DNA of 64,000 bases from Albugo candida (Eukaryota), in the NCBI GenBank assembly GCA_040437565.1, contig JBDOQK010000035.1:186001-250000 (forward strand), given 5' to 3'. Positions 36,055 to 47,574 of the stretch are shown one piece after another (the first letter of the stretch is position 1; the number at the start of each line of letters is the position of its first letter). Under the pieces are notes generated by a model that saw only the letters and a list, made by a program, of their open reading frames with translations, was not told where the DNA came from and searched no databases. Position numbers and translations under genes: made by a program.

Positions 36055-37082
36055 TTACTTTTTCTTCAAAATTGTTCCTACAACAGTCCTCGAATATTCA
36101 AGAGCCATTTTCAGGTGCATAACTTTGGCAATTGTAGCTCCGATAATCCATTCATTATTAATATCGTGCGGTACAAGTGTCAAGCAGCACACTTTCTCCA
36201 GTGTTTCTATCTTAAACCTTTCGGGGGGAACTCTCAGAATATATTCGTTGGCTGTTAAGGTGTACGTATGTGTGTAAGAAGCGAGTGTGAAATCCATAGT
36301 AATAGATGGCATACCAGATAACATTTTCTGATCATCCAGACACTTGAAGGCCATGTTTTTCTTATCGAAAAACTCAATGCCCTGAATGTTTTGTAGTTTT
36401 TTCTTGAATTCTTCATACACTTTCGTCGGAACTTCGGTTGTCAGTCTTTTGAAGTCGAAGTACAGATGTTCCATATAGCTTATCTCTAAGGCTTGTTTAG
36501 AAAGGCCACTATCTAATTGGATATTAGCCGTCAAAGGACCTAACATATCGTTTGTGAATCTGAAGGAAGACTTTCTCGATTGAAAGTTATTCTCTTCCTC
36601 CGTTTTACTGGTTGAAAGTTCCATGTATAATTGTGGTGTATCCTCTATCCATTTGTAAGTAAGAGATACCAGGTGCCTGACTAGATTATGTCTTTCCACT
36701 TTTTTTTGAAGTATTTTTTTCAACACGGTCGGTGAGAGCATCAGTGGTTGAATGCAACCTTGTTCTTCAGATCTTGAATTTTTTTTCCGTTAGAAAAAAA
36801 TTCCATTCCACAGCAGCCTTGGTTTGTTGTAGAAGCGTCTCTACCGCTTTCCGAAATCCCGTCAATGACGAGCTCTTTCTGGGTGATTGTTCCACCCAGA
36901 TTTTCAGAATAGGTAATACTCCATGTTTTCGAACCAGTATAGCTTCCATGAAGTGCTATAACACTATTTTTGAAATCTTCTAGATCAAAAATCACTTGCG
37001 TTTTAAAGATGTCCGTCGTGTACGATTGCTGCGATTTTGAAAAAAGATGGAGAGTGCAGAGTTCAAAGGCGAGAAGCTTCAT
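36055..37082 (-). pseudogene. Secreted degenerate pepsin-like protein, copy 3; split by a 1-nt frameshift
   Basis: MKLLAFELCTLHLF N-terminus and C-lobe LYFDFKRLTTEVP..FKC..LTANEYIL..CCLTL..WIIGAT. The frame breaks near the T8 run at 36779-36786. Confidence 0.6.
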
Positions 37083-38071
37083 GTTTCCTGTAAATTTAAA
37101 AGTGATCACTTCCAGGTCCATGCAAGAAAGTGGGACATCAGTACTTTGGCAGCTGACTTCTACAAATTGTGAAACCTAACTGCTGTTAAAATCAAGTTCA
37201 TGTAGCGAAGATGCTACACAAACATTCGATTTCACGTTTGAACGAGGGGCTGTGTACAAAAATATAGGTTTTAGGGCGTTTGATTACGATAAATTAAGAT
37301 AAACTATCCAGTAAATGATTACAAAGTACGATGCGCGCTTGCGACAAGATCTAGAAAGTTGAGTAATGCGACATTTAATTCCTTCTCGAGTGTTCGATTG
37401 CCTCAAATTCAAGGAAGCAACGTTGCTCTTCTGTTCAGCTGAACGATGAGCTGATAGCTATCTGTATGAGAACATCGCCTTCTATTCCCAAAGTGGGAGA
37501 CAGCGGACCCTAGATAGCTTGTTCTGTCGTGAACAAGGAGATTGTGCCATCTGGCAACCTAAGCGCTCAACATGTAGTGTGGCCACACCACACTCGATAT
37601 CAGTAATGTGAACAACAAAATGCCGAGTCGACTTGCGTCTGATTGAGGAGTGAGCGGGTCGAGACTTGGGATGTGTTGAACATGTGGCGGCCAAATCACG
37701 ACATACTACCATGACAATGTGTGTAGTACTCATCGATTCCGCGACCAATGCGCCTGCTATGGAACTGCAATATATCTAGCTCGGCATAGAACGATGATTC
37801 GGTACGACAAATGGATGGTTCCTGGGCGCTCATGTGGTCACGTGAGGAATTATGGCTAATTTTTATTCGAAAGAGATTCAGGAGACTGAGAAAACGGATC
37901 CGCTAACCAGCATTCGTGATCGAGCCCCCAATAGCGGTTATTGACAGAGCTGTGTTCACTACTGCGTCGACGATATTGGTAATGTGAGATGAGCAACGTG
38001 CCATGAAACAGCGATAGTGTAGCGTTCTGAAAGTATTGCAGTCCATTACGTCTGGCGTGTTTCACCACTTT

Positions 38072-38700
38072 TCATCCAAAACATCTTCTGCTTTTGAAAT
38101 AAAAAAAGGATTGACAACTGGGCATCGAGATGGGGTTCACATGAGTGGGGAAAGAAAGAAAGTAGTCGACCGATCTGTGATTGCGAGCTTCAGTACGCAA
38201 ATCTCTGTCATTCGGACACACAAACGCTGGCGTAGTCGGATACGATTCTCGATCCCTTTTACGTAAACACAGGCTGTTATGTCTGGAGAAAATCCTTCCA
38301 CGTACTATGGCGCCACACTCACGGCTTTCCTTGTCGAAAAAGACCTGGGACAATTTGCTGTCATGATTCTAAAGGGCTCAACGATATGATTTGTCCGTGA
38401 CGGAAGGATGTCGCAAGCGCAAGATTGGTGACAGCATGGGATCGCTCAAGAAGACGCTCCTCATATAGTGGTTGATTTCTTCTTGGACTTGACTTGCGAG
38501 TTGACGGAAACCTCTGATGAGGAAAATGTCCGACATAAAAGACGTCGGAAGTTGTTCATATACCAGGGTCTGCCCTTCCTGTCGGAAAGGTGTGAGAATC
38601 GCCGAGTAGGTGAGTTTTGGCGACACAGACGAGATGGCAGTGGTGACAACACATATCTGGACAACATAGACGAGCGACGCAAGTAACTGCTTCTCAGTAA
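38072..38700 (-). pseudogene. Decayed secreted-protein gene, paralog of 26860-27528
   Basis: QLLASLVYVVQICVVTTAIS..LTYSAILTPFRQEGQTLVYEQ..QVFF..GAIVRGRIFSRH. No ATG was seen just upstream of the hydrophobic segment, and the frame is interrupted. Confidence 0.6.
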
Positions 38701-38746
38701 AGAGATGTGAAGCTTCCGGAACACGTACGCAAAATCAGTACCACCG

Positions 38747-39224
38747 CAACAGGTCTGAATCCAATATCTATGATCAGGACATATCGAAACTCTTCTGCGA
38801 GATATTTACACAGAATTTGGATGAAATATTTCGAGTTGGGAAGATGTGTTAGAATACAATGTCACACGTTTAGAGATGGACTCGGTACAGTCCTCGAAAG
38901 AAAGCCATGCGCTGTGCTGATTTTTGTCGACATCGAGCGATAAATATCAATTGGATTCAAAATAAGGTATTGAGAAATTCAACAGTGGCAAATTTTGTCT
39001 AGAAGCAGCTTTATCAAAAGCACTGACCACAGCCACTTTTCAATGCCCTGTTTGATTGGGATGGTTATCGTCGGCTCGAAAATGATGTCTATAAAGTCGT
39101 CGTGCAATTCTTCAGACCGAACTATGTCGCAGCTATCCCTGTGGCGATCCAATATAAACTCTTGCGTGCACAGTAGAGACATCAATACTACAAGAAATAC
39201 TGAGACCGCTTCATAGACCGTCAC
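38747..39224 (-). pseudogene. Possible decayed secreted-protein gene
   Basis: Hydrophobic N-terminus AVSVFLVVLMSLLC in an 81-aa ORF with a GTG start. Coding-like broken frames follow. Confidence 0.25.
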
Positions 39225-40172
39225 TATTGTCCGTCTTGTGTGACTACGAGACGCTTCTTTTTCTTCGCATTTGTATGGTAGCTACCTAAGAGACTTGCGA
39301 ATCTTGCCCGTTTCCGCATCCTGACTACAGCATAGTGTGCTGTCTATGTAGAAGTGATCGAAGCACAATAGTGAGCTTTGCATTGACTAATTAAGACAAG
39401 CAAACCGGTAACAAAGTTAAAGACCAATGATGGGAAAACAGACTGCTGTATCTCCGAGAGAACGCATGAAGAGCGGGAATTATCGAGGTAGACTAGACAC
39501 ACGGGTAGACAATATACTAAATTCAAGCCGGGATCTGAGTATAACGACTCATTTGAGATCAAGCTCAATCGATGAAATGAACGAGCTTTCAATGGTAAGC
39601 CGTCGTGCTGCATGCGCCTCGCATACTATACCATGCTCAAGTGGTTTGTTTGAAAACAAAAACGACGAGCCTTACTTGACATGGAACAACCAGTTTGTGA
39701 GGACAATCGATAAATGCGTATGTTTGCGCACGCTGATCATGACCGTTCCAAAGCTGCTGCCAATGTCCCGAGTATTGTCCACGTTACTCATTATGTGCTT
39801 TCAATAAGAAAGTTAGCTACCCGACTGAAAATACGAGCAGCCGTAAGAATCAGCTTGATATCGTAGTATATCTATACTACATCATTTCAATCGTGACTGG
39901 TATGTCGAAAGAAGACTTAGTGCACAAATGGATGCGTATCTCAGTCGACATACTTTCCTGTCAAAGTATAATGATAACTTGTGTTGGAATTCTTGTGGAA
40001 ATATTAGTCAAAGTTCGAGGCGGTTCCGATTCAAGCTGGAGGTGCAGTTTCTGTGCGATCGCACTAAACCAATCGTAGTCAAAATCCTTGTGCATAGCTT
40101 CTCAATGATCGGTAGAGGCACAAAATATAATGTGCTATTCATATCGAAAAAGCGATTGAAGCGACGCGCGTC

Positions 40173-40634
40173 ATGAACGACGACTTTCAAAGCTCCGAAG
40201 ATCTCGCTTTTGTGGCGGAGGAAACAGAACGAATTGCTATCACATGTGTTGAATCGACCTTAAAGGATGAGCTTTATGACGACGCAAAAGTCGCGGAATG
40301 GGTCGACACGATCTGCGAAAAAATCGTAAAGGAATTGGGCGAGTTACGAAAGCCACTGAAATACATTGGTATGTGTACATGCAAAGAATCCCTTTGGCTT
40401 ATCAGTGAGCCGCAGTTAGTTGCCTAATTATGCAGAAAAATGGATCTGGGGTTCATTCCGCTCTTTCGAGTCATTGGGACATTGTCAGTGATGGTAAATA
40501 GTATACTATTGAGTATGAATTGCTAAGGAGATGTTTGCGCAGGCGCTGTGATAGTAAAGTGGCCGCTTGACAAGCACAAAGATCATAATCGATCTATCTA
40601 TTCCATCACCACCGTTGCAGGATTCGGATTTTAA
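40173..40634 (+). CDS. Dynein light chain Tctex-1 family, 3 exons
   Basis: VESTLKDELYDDAKVAEWVDTICE..KPLKYI|VSCLIMQKNGSGVHSALSSHWDIVSD|G..KW..SITTVAG. Confidence 0.92.
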
Positions 40635-40725
40635 AAGCAATGTATGGAACAAACATGCTATTTTTGCATAATCCATATGAATATCGGATGGTCAAAGCGA
40701 AAGTTTCTGTCTGATATGGACCCCA

Positions 40726-41386
40726 CTATTCTACTTGGTATTCTGCTCGTTGCGTTGCGCTTCGCTTGGTTACAAGATGGTAGAATCTACGTGATCCTGA
40801 TGTCATTTGGCTTTCTCCAAGACAGACAAATAATGTCTTTCGCGGAACATTCTGCTTTTCACATTCTAAACCCTCCATAGATGTGAATCGACGTGTCCAG
40901 CTCGCCAACTTCCGAGGTCTCTTATCTCCTGTTCATTTTTCTCAGTCTTCTTCGCGTCAATCCATCTCGAAAATCCTCTGTCTCGGTATTATCGCACTTC
41001 ACTCCTTCACACTCTCTTGTCTCCCGCAGTGAGATTGTCTTCCCCTTACACAAGTCGATGGGATGGACTGATGTCGAGCCAACTTGATCAACTTTGAAAC
41101 ACGAATCGAATCCTTTCGCACATTTCCATCGCTTTGAAAGTATCATACTGCCCACAATACCCTTAAAGAATCCCGTAATTGTTCCTGGTATGGATAGAAA
41201 GATGACGAGGGAAGCGACAGTGTACAATACACCAAAAGACAAGCGCACAAGCGATTCCGACCAAAACAACATGCACACGTCCTTTATTATGATAATCGCG
41301 GTAGACTAGTATCTTGATGGCAAGTATACGATGTATACCGCTTCTTTCACTTGAAGTTCAATTTCAATATTGCGGGACCATTCCAT
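40726..41386 (-). CDS. Hypothetical membrane protein, multi-exon
   Basis: ATG exon at 41386 with GT-AG introns and a TM segment LSFGVLYTVASLVIFLSIPG. No domain recognised. Confidence 0.45.
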
Positions 41387-41714
41387 CGCTCTTCATTCAC
41401 TGAGAAGCGGTAATCTTTCCGCAATACATCGTCATAATTACTTTTTCTTTTCCATCTTTACTATGCTGTAAATAGTAGTATAGATAATGTAATTCTAATG
41501 CGCAAAACACCATCACATAGCCCACCATATAGCGAATAAGTAATAACGCGCACTCCTACAGGTTTAAGCGATCAGATCAAATTCAAGATACGTACATCTT
41601 ACGCCGCATTTTGAATTATTATCTATTTGTTGAGCTATACAATCGGTACAGAGTTTCATGAACCATTGATCATCGTATCTTCGTAGAGAACTGAAGGGTC
41701 GCAACGCATTGGCT

Positions 41715-43988
41715 ATGAGTCCAATTGTATGGTTACTCCTCCTGAGAAGCGTTTATGGATTCGATTCTAAGGATAAATCGCTAATTGCTTCCATTAATTT
41801 GAATGGAAATGTCTCCACAATGGAATTGATGCAATACGCCCTCGATGAGCGATACTCCAAGCAACTGTTACAGAACGCTTCACAGCGCTGCGATTTAGCA
41901 TCTCAATGTGTCGAACGCGTCGATTACATACTCGCGAAACGGAAGGAAGTTCGCGGCGGTATGGAAGTAGCACAGAAAAAAGAGTTAAAACGTGAGGACA
42001 TCGCCAGAGAAGCAAATTTGATGGAATTTGAAATATTTTTTCGTGAGTACGCAGTGAGATGGACACCGGTTTTGTTGGAAAGCGTAGAGAGCGCATGGAT
42101 GGGCAATTTCCATCGAGAAACGACTTACTTCATGGATGCGTGCTTCCCTGCGAATGCTGAGGTTTATGGGTCCATTCCATTGAAATCCGAGGCCAAAGAA
42201 TGTGTGCCTTTTCTCGACACATTGCACGTACCATCATTTATCGTTGGGAATTATCTACAGCAGACAAAGCTTTCAAAAAATGAAGTTTACCTCCCCAGAC
42301 GTCTTAGAAGAGCCTCGGATGGTGAATTGCTCACTTGCAGTCACGGACTTCACATGTTTCTCACAGTCCTCTCAGGGAAGATTGAGGTGTTATTGTATCC
42401 AAAAGCTCACAGGGAGTCACAAAGATCGATTCAGGTGGCCGCAATTGAAGCCCGAGAATGGCTCTTTGTACCTGGTTTTTATTTGGCCGCTGTTTCCTCT
42501 TCGATTGAGCTCGATTTACTGTATTTTTGCTATGTGGACGCTTCAAACTTGCATTCTGTCCAGCAAGAGCTCGAGATGGATGCAGTTGTGGATTCAAACG
42601 CCAAGGAATTATTACAAACTCTCACATCACCCGATTTGAGCACTTTCATGTCGCGCTGCCCGCTTTATGCACAAACACAATGGAAAGTATTCACAATGTG
42701 GCCAAGACCTCTTATACCTCGACGTTTTAAAAAAAAGACAGCAGCCTCAGTGGCGCCTTTATCCCGACGACAAAGATATCGACAATGGCAATATGACAAG
42801 CAATGGAACCATTATATTGCACTAAAAACTCTCCCAGCGCCCAACGCCGTAATCCTTTCGCAAATAAAGCGTACGAGTGTCATTATCGCCTGGCAAGACG
42901 TGCATCAACCCGAACGATACAACACACGCGACTTTGGTTACTTTGTCAACTGGAAAAAAGATCAGCAGCACACTATATATCGGCAAAATATCTCGACACA
43001 GATTTTGAAGGAAAATATTGCAGGGAAGCTTCAGACCGCAATCACAAATTTACAGCCGAATTCCACATACGCTTTTTCTATAGGAATTTACGTCGACGGC
43101 ACATTTGGACCCAAAAGCAAACCTTCTCAAGCTCGTACACTTGCACGTCGTGAGCCAAATCGCATACGAGGAGCTCCATTTCCAATTCAGAAATCTCGTG
43201 GAGTTTACGTGCGATGGCTCAATCCTATCGATGATGGTGGAGAACCGATCGCAGCGTTCTCTATCGCCATACGCGATGTCTATGGGGCTTCTATTCTTGC
43301 TGACCGTATCGATGTGATCTCAGCATCGAGTGTTCTACCGAATGGCTCGTTTTGGATGGAGACGCGAGTAGAAAATCTCATTCCCGGTAAAGTGTATCAA
43401 TTTCGCATCGCAGCAACAAACGCTTTCGGCCAGAGTGCGTGGAGCGAAGTAAGCGAGTCATTTCAACCATCGACGCAAATTGGTCACATTCGAGGCATTC
43501 CGACCACGAAATTCCAAGCAAAAAACATTTGTGTATTCGTTCTGTCCGATCAAACGCAAACAATATCAAAAGTATCATCAAATCACTTGTCGTACGGCTG
43601 GAGAGGACATTTCAGTCCAAACAAATTCGATGTGATCGGTGAATTGATTGCATCGGAGCCGTTAGACGCCTCAATTCCATTGCAAAACGCCCAAAACGTA
43701 GCTGGAAGAATCGTGGTATTAACACGGGGTCAGGCTTCATTTTTGGATAAAGTATGGCATGCACAGCAAGCCGGTGCGATCGGTGTCGTGATTATAGATA
43801 TAAAAGGCGTTTGTACCGACAGGTTTCATGGGAATTGCGTTGTTGGTAGCTCCAAAGCCTTTGGTAATGGATTCGGATACACTGATCGCCATGATCGCTG
43901 GTATCAGATCCACATTCCTTACATTCTCATCACAAACATCACAGCGGCTTCATTACTACCTGAATGCGACCTACAGATGTCTAATTGA
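41715..43988 (+). CDS. Secreted multidomain protein: degenerate cupin/JmjC-like region, two fibronectin type III domains, C-terminal PA domain
   Basis: Signal MSPIVWLLLLRSVYG, FFREYAVRWTPVLL, FN3 ITNLQPNSTYAFSI and VRW..DDGGEPI..LIPGKVYQFRIAATNAFGQSAWS, and PA GRIVVLTRGQASFLDKVWHAQQAGAIGVVIID. Confidence 0.8.
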   Translation: MSPIVWLLLLRSVYGFDSKDKSLIASINLNGNVSTMELMQYALDERYSKQLLQNASQRCDLASQCVERVDYILAKRKEVRGGMEVAQKKELKREDIAREANLMEFEIFFREYAVRWTPVLLESVESAWMGNFHRETTYFMDACFPANAEVYGSIPLKSEAKECVPFLDTLHVPSFIVGNYLQQTKLSKNEVYLPRRLRRASDGELLTCSHGLHMFLTVLSGKIEVLLYPKAHRESQRSIQVAAIEAREWLFVPGFYLAAVSSSIELDLLYFCYVDASNLHSVQQELEMDAVVDSNAKELLQTLTSPDLSTFMSRCPLYAQTQWKVFTMWPRPLIPRRFKKKTAASVAPLSRRQRYRQWQYDKQWNHYIALKTLPAPNAVILSQIKRTSVIIAWQDVHQPERYNTRDFGYFVNWKKDQQHTIYRQNISTQILKENIAGKLQTAITNLQPNSTYAFSIGIYVDGTFGPKSKPSQARTLARREPNRIRGAPFPIQKSRGVYVRWLNPIDDGGEPIAAFSIAIRDVYGASILADRIDVISASSVLPNGSFWMETRVENLIPGKVYQFRIAATNAFGQSAWSEVSESFQPSTQIGHIRGIPTTKFQAKNICVFVLSDQTQTISKVSSNHLSYGWRGHFSPNKFDVIGELIASEPLDASIPLQNAQNVAGRIVVLTRGQASFLDKVWHAQQAGAIGVVIIDIKGVCTDRFHGNCVVGSSKAFGNGFGYTDRHDRWYQIHIPYILITNITAASLLPECDLQMSN

Positions 43989-44250
43989 AAGCATATGTGG
44001 CGAGGCTCCGGTCCGCCGGCCATCAAGCGTCGCGACCTTTCTGGACGGCTGGAATCCCACAACTTATAAACAGTGTCAATGAATACATTTGCAGCGCCGT
44101 ACACACTTGGAACATGTGGATTTGACCCTTTTCCCAACTTATATCATCGGCCAAGGTCGTTCCTATGCGACTACCGCCAGTGGCCTTGCGTTGCATTTCC
44201 AGGCCTTGAGCCATTCAGCCAAGGCGGCAAGGTACGCGACCTTGGCCTCC

Positions 44251-45469
44251 ATGCAGAAATCTATTTGGACGCGGGAAGAACATGCGCAATTTATCCAAAC
44301 ACTGGAGCTATACGGTGGGCGGAATAGTGCTGAAGAATGGCAGCGGATGCAGGCTTCGATTCCCACTCGTTCCATAGACGAAATCAAGCGGTACGGTGCA
44401 CGGTACCTACATCATCTTCTTCAGATTCAACCCGTTGCATCAAGGACATCCAGCCACGGATCCTTCTCGCTGTCGTGTCGGTCACATGCACTCGAACCAA
44501 ATCCTTACGATATATCGCCTCTGACCACATCGTGGACGTTTGAAGATGACAAGAAGCTTGAGACTGCGATTTCCGAATGCAAAAAAGAGGATAAATCGCT
44601 TCAGTGGACACGAATTGCATGTGCTCTTCCCGAGAAATCCGGAAGAGAATTGCGTCAGCGTTTCGAAAAACTGATTCACGACGTTGTGCAAATCGAAAGA
44701 GGCGTTGGAATCGCATCGATACCGAAAGATTGGATTACAACTTCGACGGAAATGGAACGTGTAAGCGNNNNNNNNNNNNNNNNNNNNNNNNNNNNNNNNN
44801 NNNNNNNNNNNNNNNNNNNNNNNNNNNNNNNNNNNNNNNNNNNNNNNNNNNNNNNNNNNNNNNNNNNACCAAATCCTTACGATATATCGCCTCTGACCAC
44901 ATCGTGGACGTTTGAAGATGACAAGAAGCTTGAGACTGCGATTTCCGAATGCAAAAAAGAGGATAAATCGCTTCAGTGGACACGAATTGCATGTGCTCTT
45001 CCCGAGAAATCCGGAAGAGAATTGCGTCAGCGTTTCGAAAAACTGATTCACGACGTTGTGCAAATCGAAAGAGGCGTTGGAATCGCATCGATACCGAAAG
45101 ATTGGATTACAACTTCGACGGAAATGGAACGTGTAACGTGTAACCGCCCATTCAAAGCCTTTAGAGTACTGCATAGCACTGATTCCATCTCCGAGTCGAT
45201 CCGATAAACGACGTGGAAGCACTTCTTCTCATCAAGAAAAAAAGAGCCTGGAAGCAGAGGCCTGGACGCATGAAGAAAAAGAGACCGAAAAGCTTACACC
45301 AAAGTCTTTGACGCCTTGTGGGCCATTTACACCTCGGTTCTGGAAGGATTTCGTCTTATCCGAAGAGTTTAGGATGCTGTTATGTCCAAATACAACAGAG
45401 ACGGAGCCAACAATGATCCGAGCTTCTGTGAGCATTTCTGCCGAAAAGCAAGAAGAGCCACAAGCTTGA
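44251..45469 (+). CDS. MYB/SANT-domain protein with two repeats; internal assembly duplication
   Basis: WTREEHAQFIQTLELYG..W..IPTRS and WTFEDDKKLE..WTRIACALPEKS..RFEKLIHDV. 44497-44764 is duplicated at 44868-45134 across the gap. The start is uncertain. Confidence 0.8.
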
Positions 45470-45644
45470 GTATAAAAGATGTACAGTTATGAAAGTAAAC
45501 AAGTGACGATAAATAGAGATAACGTCGATAGAAACAACAGTAATACTTCATCATCTACAGTGTATCTTGTTACACAGGTATGCGATCAAGAGAGTATTTC
45601 ACTGCAGCATTACAATCTAACTTTTGATTGTCCGCTTTGACGGC

Positions 45645-47393
45645 TCACTTTGGTGCAGCGACTGAGATATTTTTTGTCATTGCCGTCTCAACCCCCAAGT
45701 ACGCGATGCAAACAGCCCGTATTTCCAATTGGTATTTCCCTACAAAGAGCGTAAACATAAGAAACAATCACTCCGCCAAGAAAATACCTGCGAGTTTCGG
45801 TCCTTGAAATCCGATTTCCTGAGACACAGTAGCCGACAAATCGCTACACTGTGACATCAAATGTGAGGCGCAAGCCACACTGTATAGACTTTTATACCTT
45901 CCAGGCCGCATACAATCGTTTTGTCGCTTTTTCCAATACGAGAAACCAAATTTGTTCCTTTCGAAATGGGCTTTTGGGATCAATAGAGTCGTACAACGTC
46001 GTCGCTAATGGCGCCTTTGAGGCGTTAGAGTCCATGTGTTTGCGTGTCAGTACCAATTTGAGTGTAAGCCAGTCTCCTGCTCGGAAATCATGCTCATCCA
46101 ATACACTCAGAGACACATCGTGAAGCTCCAATTCCGGCAATGGATTAGCTCCAAGACGCTGTTTCTGAGATCGTAAAGACTCTTCATCTGCCAGAAAGCT
46201 TCCTTGCGCAAACCCAGATAGGAGATTTAAACATCGAAGCAATGTCACACTCTGATATCCGCTTTTGACAGAAGCTTTTGCTGCAACTGACGCGAAATGC
46301 TACAAAATGATTAGTAAAGCAAGGATGATCATTACTCTTCTCACCTCGAGCAAGTATGGAAGACATATCAAAAGGTGACGTATTTTCTCTTCCACTGGAA
46401 AGAAAGCTCAGTACAATATCGACAAGAGATAGTGATACGTACGCCATAGAGGCGTTGAAAGTGTGCTCGATTTCGATTGACGTAAGAGAAAATACGCAGC
46501 GATCAAGTACTCCCTAGCGGTACACATAAGACAAATGATAACAACGCGGTTCGGACATACCGCACAAGTGGCTGAGAATGTTTTTTTATCCGATTAAAAA
46601 CTTCTGTGGGAAATATTTTGGCAGCATCGGTCTTCTTTAGCAACTTATCGACAGCTTTGCTTCGAGTTCGAGCTTCGATTTCTCTCTGGGTTTTATCGCT
46701 TGTCTCAATCAACTCGGAGCTGGACAATACGACATCCAAAACCTCATACACACTCATACGCTCATGCAGCGTTTCTTGAAATCGATTCAGTGTCCTCCTC
46801 GACAAATGTTTGCAGTTTCTGCTTCGCTTTGAGAATTTATAAACGATCCATGCAATTCCCCCAAAGAAGAGCGCAAAATAAAATGTCGCCAATACGATAG
46901 AGTAATACTCGGAAACAAACGACGGGAGAACCGCAAAATTGACAAGAATTGATTGTCGTCCATCAGGATGACCATATTTTTGATAATTCTCCATAGAAGT
47001 CTTATCCGTAAGTGATTCATAAGCCTTTGAAATGCGTGCAAAAGTTTTGACAAATGCCGCTGCATCGTGAATGTTTTTGTCGGGATGGTACTTCATACTC
47101 ATTTTTCGATACGCTCTTTTGATTTCAGCCAACGAAGCAGACTCGGGGATGCCAAGGATCTCGTAGGGGTCGAATGCGCCGATAGAGCCAATTTCTTGAA
47201 TCTGGATGAGACATTGCCACGCTAAATAAATCGCAATAGAGACGACAGCGACGTGAAGTGCTGTTCCCATTGTACGCAGCTGACGCGGCTTTAGCTTATA
47301 CAATCGATACAGAAGAAGGGAGCCACTGGGAATGATGAACAGCGACAGCATAACGCAGCTAAATGAGTAGAACGCAGCATCGCCTTCCGACAT
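45645..47393 (-). CDS. SEC63: Sec63-like ER translocation J-domain protein, multi-exon
   Basis: Two N-terminal TMs, J-domain FDPYEILGI..IKRAYRKMSMKYHPDK..NYQKYGHPDG, a third TM, and a C-terminal Sec63 Ig-like region (E.IWFLV, CIAYLGVE). Confidence 0.85.
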
Positions 47394-47574
47394 TTTTAAC
47401 GGTTCCGGAGGGAAGTCGGTTGATTGGTTGAAATTAGATGGTTTAGATTGGCTATTATCTATTCACATAACCATTGGTGTAAATCCATCCTTTATCCAAT
47501 TTGTCGATATTGCTGCGTCTCCATTGGATAATACAAACTATATTATTATTGGTTATAATTTGCGCAACAATAAA
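47394..47574. promoter_or_regulatory. Bidirectional promoter between Sec63 and Nbp35 with six CCAAT/ATTGG boxes
   Basis: 181-bp divergent spacer with ATTGG/CCAAT at 47423, 47447, 47473, 47496, 47523 and 47548. Confidence 0.55.
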
